A stretch of 62,271 nt of DNA, taken from contig JAYWGM010000099.1 in assembly GCA_043778225.1 (NCBI GenBank), positions 1 through 62,271 of the forward strand, written 5' to 3'. The translations under genes and the position numbers were made by a program. Origin of the DNA: Deinococcales bacterium. GTDB taxonomy: Bacteria; Deinococcota; Deinococci; Deinococcales; JAAFIG01. How positions within the stretch are numbered: position 1 is the stretch's first letter; each line of letters opens with the position of its first letter. This document shows, piece after piece, positions 9,628 to 18,754 of this stretch. The notes beneath the pieces were generated by a model. The model saw nothing but the letters and a program-made list of their open reading frames with translations. It made no database searches and was not told where the DNA came from.

Positions 9628-10337
9628 TGCCCCCGATTCTCGAGTTAAATGGAATCATCAAAACCTATCAGCTTGGCGACCAAGAATTCCAAGCCCTGCG
9701 CGGGGTCGATCTCGAGCTTCAAAGCGGCGAAATGGTGGCGCTGATGGGACCGTCTGGCAGTGGCAAAACAACCTTAATGCAGATTATCGGCTTGCTCGAT
9801 TCGCCCTCCCAAGGCGCGTACCAATTGCGCGGACGCGATGTCACAACCTTGAACGAAAACGAACGGGCGCGGGCAAGAAACCTCGACATTGGTTTTGTTT
9901 TTCAGGCGTTTTATTTACTGACCCGCCAAAATGTTCTCGAGAACGTCGAAACGCCAATGATTTACGCTGGGATTCCCGCCAAGGAACGCCGTGAACGGGC
10001 GATGTGGGCGCTCGAGCGGGTTGGCATTAGCGACAAGTGGCGCAATCTTCCGAGCCAAATTAGCGGTGGGCAAAAACAACGGGTGGCAGTGGCACGGGCT
10101 TTAACCCTCGAGCCAGCGATTTTACTGGCAGATGAACCGACGGGTAACTTGGACTCACGCACCAGCATCGAAATCATGACCTTGTTTCAAGCCCTGCACA
10201 ATGAAGGCAGCACGGTGATTATTGTCACCCACGAACCCGAGATTGGCGAACACTGCGAGCGGATTGTTCGACTGCGCGATGGTTTACTCGAGTCCGATAC
10301 ACCCAACCGCTCGATTCGCAAGGCGGTGGCAGCATGA
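9627..10337 (+). CDS. ABC transporter ATP-binding protein (MacB/LolD type)
   Basis: [27 protein letters not shown]. Confidence 0.95.
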   Translation: MPPILELNGIIKTYQLGDQEFQALRGVDLELQSGEMVALMGPSGSGKTTLMQIIGLLDSPSQGAYQLRGRDVTTLNENERARARNLDIGFVFQAFYLLTRQNVLENVETPMIYAGIPAKERRERAMWALERVGISDKWRNLPSQISGGQKQRVAVARALTLEPAILLADEPTGNLDSRTSIEIMTLFQALHNEGSTVIIVTHEPEIGEHCERIVRLRDGLLESDTPNRSIRKAVAA

Positions 10338-11623
10338 GTCTGGTTCTCGAGCAGCCACGAATCACCGAGTTGGTCTCGAGCAACAGCCAAGCTGGAATGC
10401 CACTGGGGCAAACCATACAAATTGCGTGGCGAGCCATTGTTGGCAACCCCTTACGCAGCATTTTGACCACCTTAGGCGTGATTATTGGCGTGGCAGCCGT
10501 GATTGCCCTAACCAGTCTGGGCAGTGGCGCGACCAGTGGAATTCAAAAGCAACTCGAGGGGCTTGGCACAAATTTATTGACCGTCTCGAGCGGCGCAGCC
10601 CGTGGTGGCGGTGGCATTGGTCTGGTGCGCGGCGGTGGACAGCAAACCATTACCTTAGATGATGTCAAAGCCCTGCGTGACCAATTCTCGAGCCGCATGA
10701 GTGGCATTGCGCCAACCGTGCAGCGCAACATCCAAGCCAAAGCTGGCACAAATAACATCTCGGCAACCGTGATTGGTTCGTGGGTGGATTATGGTCTGGT
10801 GCGAAATACGCTGCCCGAAAAAGGCGCTTTTTTTAGCGAAACAGACAATTCTGGGCGCAAACGGGTGGCGGTGATTGGCTACCAAGTTGCTACTGACCTG
10901 CTGCTCGAGGTCGGCAGTAAATTTAAGCTCCAAGGGATTTCGTTTACCGTGGTGGGCATTCTGGCAGACAAAGGCGACGCTGGTTTTGCCAGCCCCAATA
11001 CCCAAGTGATCGTGCCGCTCTCGACTTATTCGCAGCGCCTCGGGCGGCAGAGTGCCAGTGCCGATACGGTCTCGAGTGTCTATATTCAGGGCAAAGACAA
11101 AGATGACCTCAAACAATTACAAACCGACCTGATTGACGCGATGGCAAAACTACACAAAAAAGAAATCCCTGAGGATTACGATTTTAACGTCCAGAACCAA
11201 GCCGACGCACTCAGCAGCCTCAACCAAGTCACGTCCATTTTGACACTTTTTTTAGGAGGTGTGGCTGGAATCAGCCTTTTGGTCGGTGGCATCGGCATCA
11301 TGAACATCATGCTGGTTTCGGTGACAGAGCGCACTCGAGAAATCGGCATCCGCAAAGCCCTTGGCGCACGCCCAAGGGACATCCTGACCCAATTTTTAGT
11401 CGAGAGCATTGCTTTATCGGTCGGTGGTGGCTTACTTGGGGCAGCCATTGGCATTGGTTTGGCACTGCTGGCTGGTGGCGCACTGAACATCACCCCCGTA
11501 ATTGGGGTCTCGAGTGTGCTGTTGGCATTTGGCTTTAGTGCGTTTGTCGGGATTTTCTTTGGTTATTACCCAGCCTCGAGAGCTGCCAAGCTCCAACCGG
11601 TGGATGCTTTACGCTATGAGTAA
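10334..11623 (+). CDS. MacB/FtsX-type ABC permease
   Basis: RSILTTLGVIIG, VTERTREIGIRKALGA, PVDALRYE. Confidence 0.95.
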   Translation: MSLVLEQPRITELVSSNSQAGMPLGQTIQIAWRAIVGNPLRSILTTLGVIIGVAAVIALTSLGSGATSGIQKQLEGLGTNLLTVSSGAARGGGGIGLVRGGGQQTITLDDVKALRDQFSSRMSGIAPTVQRNIQAKAGTNNISATVIGSWVDYGLVRNTLPEKGAFFSETDNSGRKRVAVIGYQVATDLLLEVGSKFKLQGISFTVVGILADKGDAGFASPNTQVIVPLSTYSQRLGRQSASADTVSSVYIQGKDKDDLKQLQTDLIDAMAKLHKKEIPEDYDFNVQNQADALSSLNQVTSILTLFLGGVAGISLLVGGIGIMNIMLVSVTERTREIGIRKALGARPRDILTQFLVESIALSVGGGLLGAAIGIGLALLAGGALNITPVIGVSSVLLAFGFSAFVGIFFGYYPASRAAKLQPVDALRYE

Positions 11624-11704
11624 ACGGCTACAAAACGTCAAAAGTAGGATGAGGCAAGCCTATGTACTCCAACTTAATCAAAAAATTCGTGTACAACGCA
11701 AATC

Positions 11705-11825
11705 TGTTACCCCTACGAAGTAGGGGTCGCCGTCTAAGCGGCGGGGGTCTTGCAACGCGCAGACGCTGTGCAAGACCCCTCCGACGCGCTTCGCTCGACA
11801 CCTCCCCTGCTTTGCAGGGAAGACA
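11705..11825. repeat. Multi-hairpin intergenic repeat element
   Basis: ACCCCTAC-gaa-GTAGGGGT, CGCCG/CGGCG, GGGGTCTTGCA/TGCAAGACCCC and CCCTGC/GCAGGG stems. Confidence 0.7.
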
Positions 11826-11910
11826 AAATCTGAGTGCCTTTGGGCTTCTTGGTCAGATATATAGGGATTCGCCCTACAAAACCCATTTTCCCTTTTCTCA
11901 GGAGGTTTTT

Positions 11911-12552
11911 ATGAAACGCAACACCATTGGATTAGTTTTCGTCTCGAGTTTCGCACTGCTTGGCTTGGCTTTAGGGCAACAGCAACCACCCGCAGGTGGA
12001 CAGTCCGGCGGCGGTCAAGGCAATTTTCGCGCCGTGATGGAAAAATTCCAGCCTTGGTTTGAACTGGCGCAAAGCATGACCTTAATGCAGGATGTTGATA
12101 AAGAAAAAGGTTTGGCATTTACCAAAGCCCAAGCCAAAATCGCCCTGCCCATTCTAACCGACCTTGGTAAGCGCACCGCCCTTGCTCCCAAAGATGCAAC
12201 CAAAATCCTCGACACCCTCGAGACCAAATTTGTCAATGCCAAACAACTGGCTTGGATGGATAAAACCCGTTTAGCAAGGGAAGAAGAACGCCGTAAACGC
12301 GCCGAAGAACGGCGCTTACAACAAGCCAATCAAACCCCAAATGCTGGAGCGCTGGCAGGAGCCGCTGCGACTGGCAGACCACCTGGTGGTTTTGGTGGTG
12401 GCTTTGGTGGACGAACCGCCAATGGCACTCCCGACCCTCGAGCCGCCAAAATGTTTGCCGCGATGCAGAACAACAAGCCATTTAATCCATTCAAAGATGG
12501 TGTCCAAAGCGACGAGCTAAAGAAGTTCATGGCACTGTTGGCAAAACGCTAA
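11911..12552 (+). CDS. Secreted hypothetical protein, Gly/Gln-rich
   Basis: AGGAGG RBS and signal peptide; start moved from 11662. Confidence 0.75.
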   Translation: MKRNTIGLVFVSSFALLGLALGQQQPPAGGQSGGGQGNFRAVMEKFQPWFELAQSMTLMQDVDKEKGLAFTKAQAKIALPILTDLGKRTALAPKDATKILDTLETKFVNAKQLAWMDKTRLAREEERRKRAEERRLQQANQTPNAGALAGAAATGRPPGGFGGGFGGRTANGTPDPRAAKMFAAMQNNKPFNPFKDGVQSDELKKFMALLAKR

Positions 12553-12569
12553 ACCAGTAGACTCGAGCC

Positions 12570-13193
12570 ATGCAACCACTCGAAAGTCGCAAAGAATACA
12601 CCCAAGGCACTTTAGAAGCCGACCAGTTGCTCGAGAACCCACTCGAGCAGCTTTCTATTTGGTTAAAAGATGCCAGCAATGCCAACATCCTCGAGCCAAA
12701 CGGCATGACGATTAGCACCGTCCGCGATGCCCGACCCTCGAGTCGTGTGGTCTTGCTGCGCGGCATCGATACGGGCTTGGTTTTTTACAGCAATTACCTC
12801 TCCAAAAAAGGCACAGACATTGCCACCAACAGCCACGCCAGCGCCAGTTTTTGGTGGGCAAGTTTAGAGCGCCAAGTGCGAATCGAAGGGCAACTGCAAA
12901 AAGTCAGTGCTGCCGAGTCTGATGCTTACTTTGCTGCTCGCCCTTATGAATCGCAGCTTGCCAGTGCTGCCAGCCCACAAAGCCAAAGTATAGAGCGCCC
13001 AGCCCTCGAGCAACTGGTGGCGGGAATGCGGGTTGCCCACCCTGAAGCTGTGCCACGCCCAGCCCACTGGGGCGGCTACCGCCTTGTGCCAGACTACCTC
13101 GAGTTTTGGCAAGGCAGACGCGCTCGGCTGCACGACCGAATTGCGTACCGGCTTGAGGGGGGAGTCTGGACTCGAGAACGGCTTGCACCGTAA
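12570..13193 (+). CDS. pdxH: Pyridoxamine 5'-phosphate oxidase
   Basis: RVVLLRG, RQVRIEG, WGGY, EFWQGR...RLHDR. Confidence 0.95.
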   Translation: MQPLESRKEYTQGTLEADQLLENPLEQLSIWLKDASNANILEPNGMTISTVRDARPSSRVVLLRGIDTGLVFYSNYLSKKGTDIATNSHASASFWWASLERQVRIEGQLQKVSAAESDAYFAARPYESQLASAASPQSQSIERPALEQLVAGMRVAHPEAVPRPAHWGGYRLVPDYLEFWQGRRARLHDRIAYRLEGGVWTRERLAP

Positions 13194-13195
13194 TT

Positions 13196-13822
13196 TTAGA
13201 GCGAACTCAGTTTGCGCCAACTCGAGATTTGTTTTGGCAAAACAAGTAAAAGTCCAAAGAACATCAGGCTGAAAGCAACGCCAATGTAAACTGAGTATTG
13301 TTTAAGAAGCGGCAATTGATACGTTTGATAAACAAAAAATACATTCAGAGGCACAAGTGTTACACCAAAAATAATATCAAGTAAAACAAAGCGCCGCAAT
13401 GTCAAAGCTCGAGCCGCACTAAACCGCGCTAAGTGCCACAGGCTAAATGAAAAAGAGCAACTTGCAAATACTAAAGCTGTTTTTACACCATTGCTATAAA
13501 AGTAAAACTGCATCAGTCCCAAACTTAAAATAATCAAAGGAAGCACTGCTGAAGTATTTTTAGTTTTTGCAAATCGAATCTGATACTTCTCGAGTTCCTT
13601 ATTAGTCAAATACGCTTGTTCAAATTTCTTGGCTGCCTCTCGAGCATCGCCTAAGTCTAATACAGCCAGCGCCTCTGCCTTGAGCAATGGTTTTCCCTCG
13701 AGTTGATAGCGCTCGGTAGCGGCTGCAAAATGCTCAGAAATTTGGTCACGCACGATTTCTCTGGCTCGAGGGGCTAGGTTTGTTCGGGCGGTCTCGAGCC
13801 AAATTTTCAGGTCGGGGTTCAT
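13196..13822 (-). CDS. Membrane protein with N-terminal permease-prefix (HAAS-like) domain, PadR partner
   Basis: EALAVLDLGDA motif, about 4 TM helices, ATGA-coupled to PadR. Confidence 0.65.
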   Translation of the reverse strand: MNPDLKIWLETARTNLAPRAREIVRDQISEHFAAATERYQLEGKPLLKAEALAVLDLGDAREAAKKFEQAYLTNKELEKYQIRFAKTKNTSAVLPLIILSLGLMQFYFYSNGVKTALVFASCSFSFSLWHLARFSAARALTLRRFVLLDIIFGVTLVPLNVFFVYQTYQLPLLKQYSVYIGVAFSLMFFGLLLVLPKQISSWRKLSSL

Positions 13823-14133
13823 GTTGCACCACCTAAAACACTGTTAATTGCACTGCTCATTTTTAGCCACTCGAGCTTCGATTTTTCTAAGTGCTTGCTG
13901 CCTTTGTCGGTCAGTTGGTAATAGCGCCGTGTCCGTCCATTCTCGAGTTCGGTGTTGCTCTGCACCATTCCGTCGCGCTCCAAGGTGTGCAGGGCTGGAT
14001 AGAGCGTACCTTCCTTAAAATCCAGCACGCCAGCGCTTTTGCGTTTAATTATCGTGGCGATTTCGTACCCATGACTGCTGCCTCGAGCAAGGGTCTCGAG
14101 GATGAGCGCGGGCAAACTGCCTTTGAGGTTCAT
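13819..14133 (-). CDS. PadR family transcriptional regulator
   Basis: HGYEI, EGTLYPALHTLE, RRYYQLT. Confidence 0.95.
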   Translation of the reverse strand: MNLKGSLPALILETLARGSSHGYEIATIIKRKSAGVLDFKEGTLYPALHTLERDGMVQSNTELENGRTRRYYQLTDKGSKHLEKSKLEWLKMSSAINSVLGGAT

Positions 14134-14221
14134 AGTAAACTATACATCGAAAGTCTAGGGATAGCAATTCGAGGGGTAAAATTACCTCATGCACTTCATA
14201 ATTGCTTGCTAGAATCAAGGT

Positions 14222-14827
14222 GTGCTTGGACTTGACCTCGATCAACTTATTCAGACCGTCGGCTATGTGGGACTATTTGCGATTATTTTTATCGAGACTG
14301 GTTTGTTGGCTGGGTTTTTCTTACCGGGCGATACACTGCTCCTGACGGCAGGAGTCGTGGCTTCGACCGGCAAACTCGAGTTACCTTTGGTCATTTTAGT
14401 TTGTACACTGGGCAGCATTTGCGGCGACCAACTTGGCTACTTTATTGGTAAAACCTTTGGCGGCAAAGTTTTTAGCCGCCCAAAATCGAGGTTATTTGAC
14501 CCCGAAAACGTGCTGAAAGCTCGTGCTTTTTTTGATAAATATGGCATGGTCACGATTATTGTGGCGCGGTTTATTCCAGTCATCCGAGCTTTTGCACCAA
14601 CCATGGCTGGTGTTTCTGGTGTGCCGTACCCTAAATTTCTAGGGTTAAGCATCACTGGCGGTGTGCTGTGGAGTGCTAGTCTGACCTCTTTGGGCTATTT
14701 TTTGGGCAATCTGGTGGGTGCAGCCACTTTAGAAAAATACTTGCTGGCAATTATCGCCATCGGTATTTTAGCGGGTGTGATTCCAAGTGCGATTCATATG
14801 TTTGGTTCGAGTAAACCAGCCAAATAG
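14222..14827 (+). CDS. DedA family membrane protein
   Basis: ETGLLAGFFLPGDTLL, ARFIPVIR. Confidence 0.95.
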   Translation: MLGLDLDQLIQTVGYVGLFAIIFIETGLLAGFFLPGDTLLLTAGVVASTGKLELPLVILVCTLGSICGDQLGYFIGKTFGGKVFSRPKSRLFDPENVLKARAFFDKYGMVTIIVARFIPVIRAFAPTMAGVSGVPYPKFLGLSITGGVLWSASLTSLGYFLGNLVGAATLEKYLLAIIAIGILAGVIPSAIHMFGSSKPAK

Positions 14828-14830
14828 CTA

Positions 14831-14940
14831 AGAGCGTATTTATAAAGATTGGCAAATACCAAAAATTACCAAAAAGCAGGACAGACACGGGGGTCTGTCC
14901 TGTGACTAATGGTGATTTTATGACTTTATAAACACGCTCT
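14831..14940. mobile_element. 110-bp MITE with 16-bp terminal inverted repeats, TA-flanked (IS5-like ends)
   Basis: AGAGCGTATTTATAAA ... TTTATAAACACGCTCT (1 mismatch); internal CAGGACAGAC/GTCTGTCCTG hairpin. Confidence 0.75.
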
Positions 14941-14947
14941 TAGATTC

Positions 14948-15106
14948 CTAAGTAGAAGCTCGGCGTTGTTCAAATTGCTCGAGCGATTTGACTTTTTTCT
15001 TTGAACGTGGCACAAACAGTGCTTTGAGTTGGCTTAGGGTACTGGCTTCTTGACGTAAAAATTCGAGGCGTTCTTGTCCAAAACGGACAGCTAAATCTGG
15101 ATTCAT
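14948..15106 (-). CDS. Small protein, 52 aa, not in ORF track
   Basis: MNPDLAVRFGQERLEFLRQEA...; AGGAG RBS; shares motif with 58876-59049. Confidence 0.65.
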   Translation of the reverse strand: MNPDLAVRFGQERLEFLRQEASTLSQLKALFVPRSKKKVKSLEQFEQRRAST

Positions 15107-15245
15107 GATTGGTCTCCTGGTGAAATCTGGGGCTTCTTGTCTTGAGTGCGACGCTTGAGTCGGGTGTATTGTGCTACTTTTTTGTCAGCCGAGCATCTGG
15201 CAATGGGCGTAGCCCAGACTCAGACAAATGGCTTAGACTCTTGCC

Positions 15246-15962
15246 ATGATTCGTCGCCCAAGATGGAATAATAATCAGACACCGCCAGTCACTTTGGTTG
15301 TATTGCTGGCACTGACCACGCTCTATTTACTCTCGAGTTCGGTCTTTGACCAGTCAGCAGCTTCGTTGTGGCAGCGTTTTTTTGATGGCTCGAGTGTGGC
15401 TGTGCTTGCCGAATTAGGCGCAAATGCCAAAGTCTTGACGCTCGAGCAAAACGAGTGGTGGCGTTTATTAACCGCAACTTTGCTACACGGCAGCATTGTG
15501 CATCTTTTGATGAATGGTTTTTCTTTGTGGAACTTAGGCAGCCAACTCGAGCTTGGTTTTGGTTGGCAAGAATTGCTGTTTGCTTTTTTGGTCACGGGTT
15601 TATCGGGTTCGGGAATGGGCGCATTTTTTGGCAATCCATTGGCAATCAGCATTGGTGCAAGTGGGGCAATTTTTGGTTTGCTGGGTTTTATGATTTCGGT
15701 TGGCACGCACGACTTCAATGGCTTACAGCGCCAACTCTCCAAAAACGGCAGCATGGTGGCGGTGGCTTTATTTCTACCGATGCTGATTCCAAATGTAGAT
15801 CATTGGGCGCACATTGGTGGCGTGGCAAGTGGTTTGGTGTTGGGGTTTTTATACCGCAATCCGCCACAAGCGATTCGCAACTTATTGGGTTTCTCGAGTG
15901 CAGCCTTACTTGTGGCTGGGGCTGGAATGATTGTTTTTCAAGCTCTAAAAATTGGTTTTTAG
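15246..15962 (+). CDS. Rhomboid intramembrane serine protease
   Basis: WWRL, HLLMN, GASG, AHIGG. Confidence 0.95.
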   Translation: MIRRPRWNNNQTPPVTLVVLLALTTLYLLSSSVFDQSAASLWQRFFDGSSVAVLAELGANAKVLTLEQNEWWRLLTATLLHGSIVHLLMNGFSLWNLGSQLELGFGWQELLFAFLVTGLSGSGMGAFFGNPLAISIGASGAIFGLLGFMISVGTHDFNGLQRQLSKNGSMVAVALFLPMLIPNVDHWAHIGGVASGLVLGFLYRNPPQAIRNLLGFSSAALLVAGAGMIVFQALKIGF

Positions 15963-15966
15963 ACCC

Positions 15967-17205
15967 GTGAAACCCCCACGCTTTAACCCTTTAACCTTTT
16001 CCCCTTTTAACCCTGATTCCTTCTATGGTTGGCGCATGGTTTGGGTACTGGCAATCAGTACCACTGTGGCATATGGTGTTTTGTACTACAGCTTTGCGGT
16101 TTTTGTACAGCCAATGGAGCAAGAACTCGGTTGGAATCGCGCCCAAACTTCGGCAGCTTTTAGTCTGGCAATGCTGGTGGCTGGCTTATTTGCGCCATTT
16201 TTAGGACGGGTTCTCGATAAGCATGGCGCTCGAGCAGTCATGAGCTTAGGCGCACTTGGCTCGAGTGGCTTGTTGCTGCTGTGGTCTGTCACCCCGAGCT
16301 TGCCACTGCTCTATGCCACTTGGTTTGGCTTGGGCTTGTGCGCCGCCGCGACTTTTTATGACCCAGCCTTTACAGCAGTGGCGGTTTGGTTTAAGCAGCA
16401 CCGCGCCAGAGCGATGCTGACCATCACCTTGGTGGCTGGACTTGCCAGCACGATTTTTGTACCACTTGATACGTGGTTGCTCGAGACTCTTGGCTGGCGC
16501 AGTGCAGTGCGGGTACTGGCGCTGCTGTCGTTGCTGACTGTGCCATTGCTCTGGTTGGTGCTGCGCCGCCATCCAGCCGACATTGGCTCGAGTGTAGACG
16601 GCTTACCAGAACAAGCCAAACCCGAAGCTCAAGCCGTGGTTTCAACGATCAATTTTTGGCATTCAAAGATTTTTTGGAGTGTGGCACTGGCATTTGCCTT
16701 AGCTCGCACGGCAGTTTCAGTGCTGGCTGTGCATTTAGTGCCGTTGCTGCGCGAACGTGGTTACTCGAGCCTTTTTGCGGCTTCGGTGGCTGCTTCAATT
16801 GGCGTTTTGCAGTTGGTCGGACGGGTCTTTTTTACTTCGTTGACTGCTCGAGCCGCCTTGATTATCTTGTCGAGCCTGACATTTTTGGTGCATGGCATTG
16901 GAATTCTTTTTTTGACCAGTGCGACTGATGTCGGTGTTTGGGGATTTGTGCTTTTTTATGGGGCAACCAACGGCGCGATTACTTTAACTCGAGCCGCACT
17001 GCTGGGTGAACTCTTTGCCTCGAGCATTTACGGGCGAGTCAATGGTTTGGTCAGTCTGTTCTCAGCCCTTTCGGGAGCATTGATGCCATTTTTTGCTGGC
17101 GTACTGCATAACCAAACTGGCGATTACCAATTGGTGCTTTGGCTGTTGGTCGGGACATTGGCGATCTCGAGTGGCTTGGTGCTGGGCGCTCGCGGGCGTT
17201 CATAA
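15967..17205 (+). CDS. MFS transporter
   Basis: About 12 TM helices, GRVLDKHGAR motif A; start uncertain. Confidence 0.9.
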   Translation: MKPPRFNPLTFSPFNPDSFYGWRMVWVLAISTTVAYGVLYYSFAVFVQPMEQELGWNRAQTSAAFSLAMLVAGLFAPFLGRVLDKHGARAVMSLGALGSSGLLLLWSVTPSLPLLYATWFGLGLCAAATFYDPAFTAVAVWFKQHRARAMLTITLVAGLASTIFVPLDTWLLETLGWRSAVRVLALLSLLTVPLLWLVLRRHPADIGSSVDGLPEQAKPEAQAVVSTINFWHSKIFWSVALAFALARTAVSVLAVHLVPLLRERGYSSLFAASVAASIGVLQLVGRVFFTSLTARAALIILSSLTFLVHGIGILFLTSATDVGVWGFVLFYGATNGAITLTRAALLGELFASSIYGRVNGLVSLFSALSGALMPFFAGVLHNQTGDYQLVLWLLVGTLAISSGLVLGARGRS

Positions 17206-17271
17206 TGACTTGGTGCTTTCTTTGCAAAATCTTCATCAAATCACGGGATTCTAGTGCAGTCGAGGAAGACC

Positions 17272-18198
17272 ATGCAAACGATTGCCAATTCATTCAAAAA
17301 TTTATTTTTACCGCGCTCAATTCAGCACCATCAGTATTTTGAAGCGGTGCTTGGCACAACTTTGGATTTGCGACTCGAGGCTGCCACATTCAGTCTGGCG
17401 CAACGTGCCGAAGAAGCCATACTCGAGGAAATCGAACGACTCGAGCTTATTTTTAGTCGGTATTTGCCAAACTCCGAACTCAATCGGTTTTTGGCAGGGC
17501 TTGGCAAGCCATTGCCAGAACTCGAGTTGGTTCTACAAACGGCGCTCGAGTGGCAAAATAAGTCTGGAGGCGCGTTTCATTTGGGAGCAGATGCACTTGG
17601 GCAGCTTTGGAAACGGGCTGAGGCAACTGGTGTACGCCCAGATTTATTCCCAATCCTCGAGCAACTACAGCGCCCGTGGCTAACCATACAAGCTATTTTA
17701 GATTCGGGTCTGGGTATCAATCTTAACGCCATTGCCAAAGGTTTTATTGCCGATGGTGCAGCGCAAAAGGCTTTAGCCAATGCCCAAGAAGTACTGGTCA
17801 ATCTTGGTGGCGATTTGGTACATCGCGGGGTAAAACCGATTCAAGTCAGTATTGCTAATCCGTACTCGAGTGCCGATAATGCCAAGCCACTCGAGCAAAT
17901 CCAGATTTGTAACCAAGGGCTGGCAACCAGTGGCAAGACCCATCGTGGCTACCAATTTCCAAACGGGCAGGTCTCGCATTTACTCGACCCACGCACGGGG
18001 CAGCCAGTACAAAATACGCTGGCAGTTTCGGTGCTTGCCCCCAACGCCATGACTGCCGATGTACTCGCCACGATTTTAAGTGTGCTTGAACCCAAAGCGG
18101 GTCTCGAATTTGCCAATACCCTGCCTCAAATCGGCTGTTGCATTGTTGGTCAAAATCAAATTTATCGCAATGCTTTCTGGGATGCTTACCGCATCTAA
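17272..18198 (+). CDS. apbE: FAD:protein FMN transferase ApbE
   Basis: NLNAIAKGF, NLGGD, ATSG, HLLDPRTG, ADVLAT. Confidence 0.9.
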   Translation: MQTIANSFKNLFLPRSIQHHQYFEAVLGTTLDLRLEAATFSLAQRAEEAILEEIERLELIFSRYLPNSELNRFLAGLGKPLPELELVLQTALEWQNKSGGAFHLGADALGQLWKRAEATGVRPDLFPILEQLQRPWLTIQAILDSGLGINLNAIAKGFIADGAAQKALANAQEVLVNLGGDLVHRGVKPIQVSIANPYSSADNAKPLEQIQICNQGLATSGKTHRGYQFPNGQVSHLLDPRTGQPVQNTLAVSVLAPNAMTADVLATILSVLEPKAGLEFANTLPQIGCCIVGQNQIYRNAFWDAYRI

Positions 18199-18211
18199 AA
18201 AAGGGGTTTTT

Positions 18212-18754
18212 ATGAATCGTTTTTCGCGCCGTGGTTTTTTAGGTCGTCTTGCCAGCAGCACCGCAGCGCTTATGTTATTGCCGCTTGCCAACGCCAAAAA
18301 TCTTATTTGGAACAGCAAAATGGAAGCCGAAATCAGCCTCGAGCTTGCACCAGTCAGTGGCGGTCGTTACAATCGCCCATATATTGCGGTCTGGCTCGAG
18401 AACAGTGCTGGGAAATCGGTGCGAACTTTGGCAGTCTGGGTACAAGCAGGCAAAGGCTCGAGGTGGCATCAGGACTTAAAGCGCTGGTTTTTAGGGAATT
18501 CTGATTTAATCCAAGCCCTCTCAAGTCCAACCCGAATGCCCGGAACATACAAATTGACTTGGGATGGAAAGTCCGATAAAGGTGTGCTGCTCGAGCAAGG
18601 CGAGTATTTTGTCTGCATCGAAGCGGCTCGAGAACACGGCACATACCAACTAATTCGTCAAAAGTTTAGTTTTGCAACAGCCGATTTTAGTAAAGTATTG
18701 GCAGGCAATACTGAAATTAAGGAGGCTCGAGTTGAGTTCCGCGCAAAAAGCTAG
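18212..18754 (+). CDS. DUF2271 domain protein with Tat-like signal
   Basis: SRRGFL twin-Arg, RPYIAVWLE, WDGKSDKG, EAAREHG. Confidence 0.85.
   Translation: MNRFSRRGFLGRLASSTAALMLLPLANAKNLIWNSKMEAEISLELAPVSGGRYNRPYIAVWLENSAGKSVRTLAVWVQAGKGSRWHQDLKRWFLGNSDLIQALSSPTRMPGTYKLTWDGKSDKGVLLEQGEYFVCIEAAREHGTYQLIRQKFSFATADFSKVLAGNTEIKEARVEFRAKS

Noticed and set aside
11662..11910. N-terminal extension of the secreted protein
   Set aside because: Reads through a palindromic repeat; SD and signal peptide start at 11911
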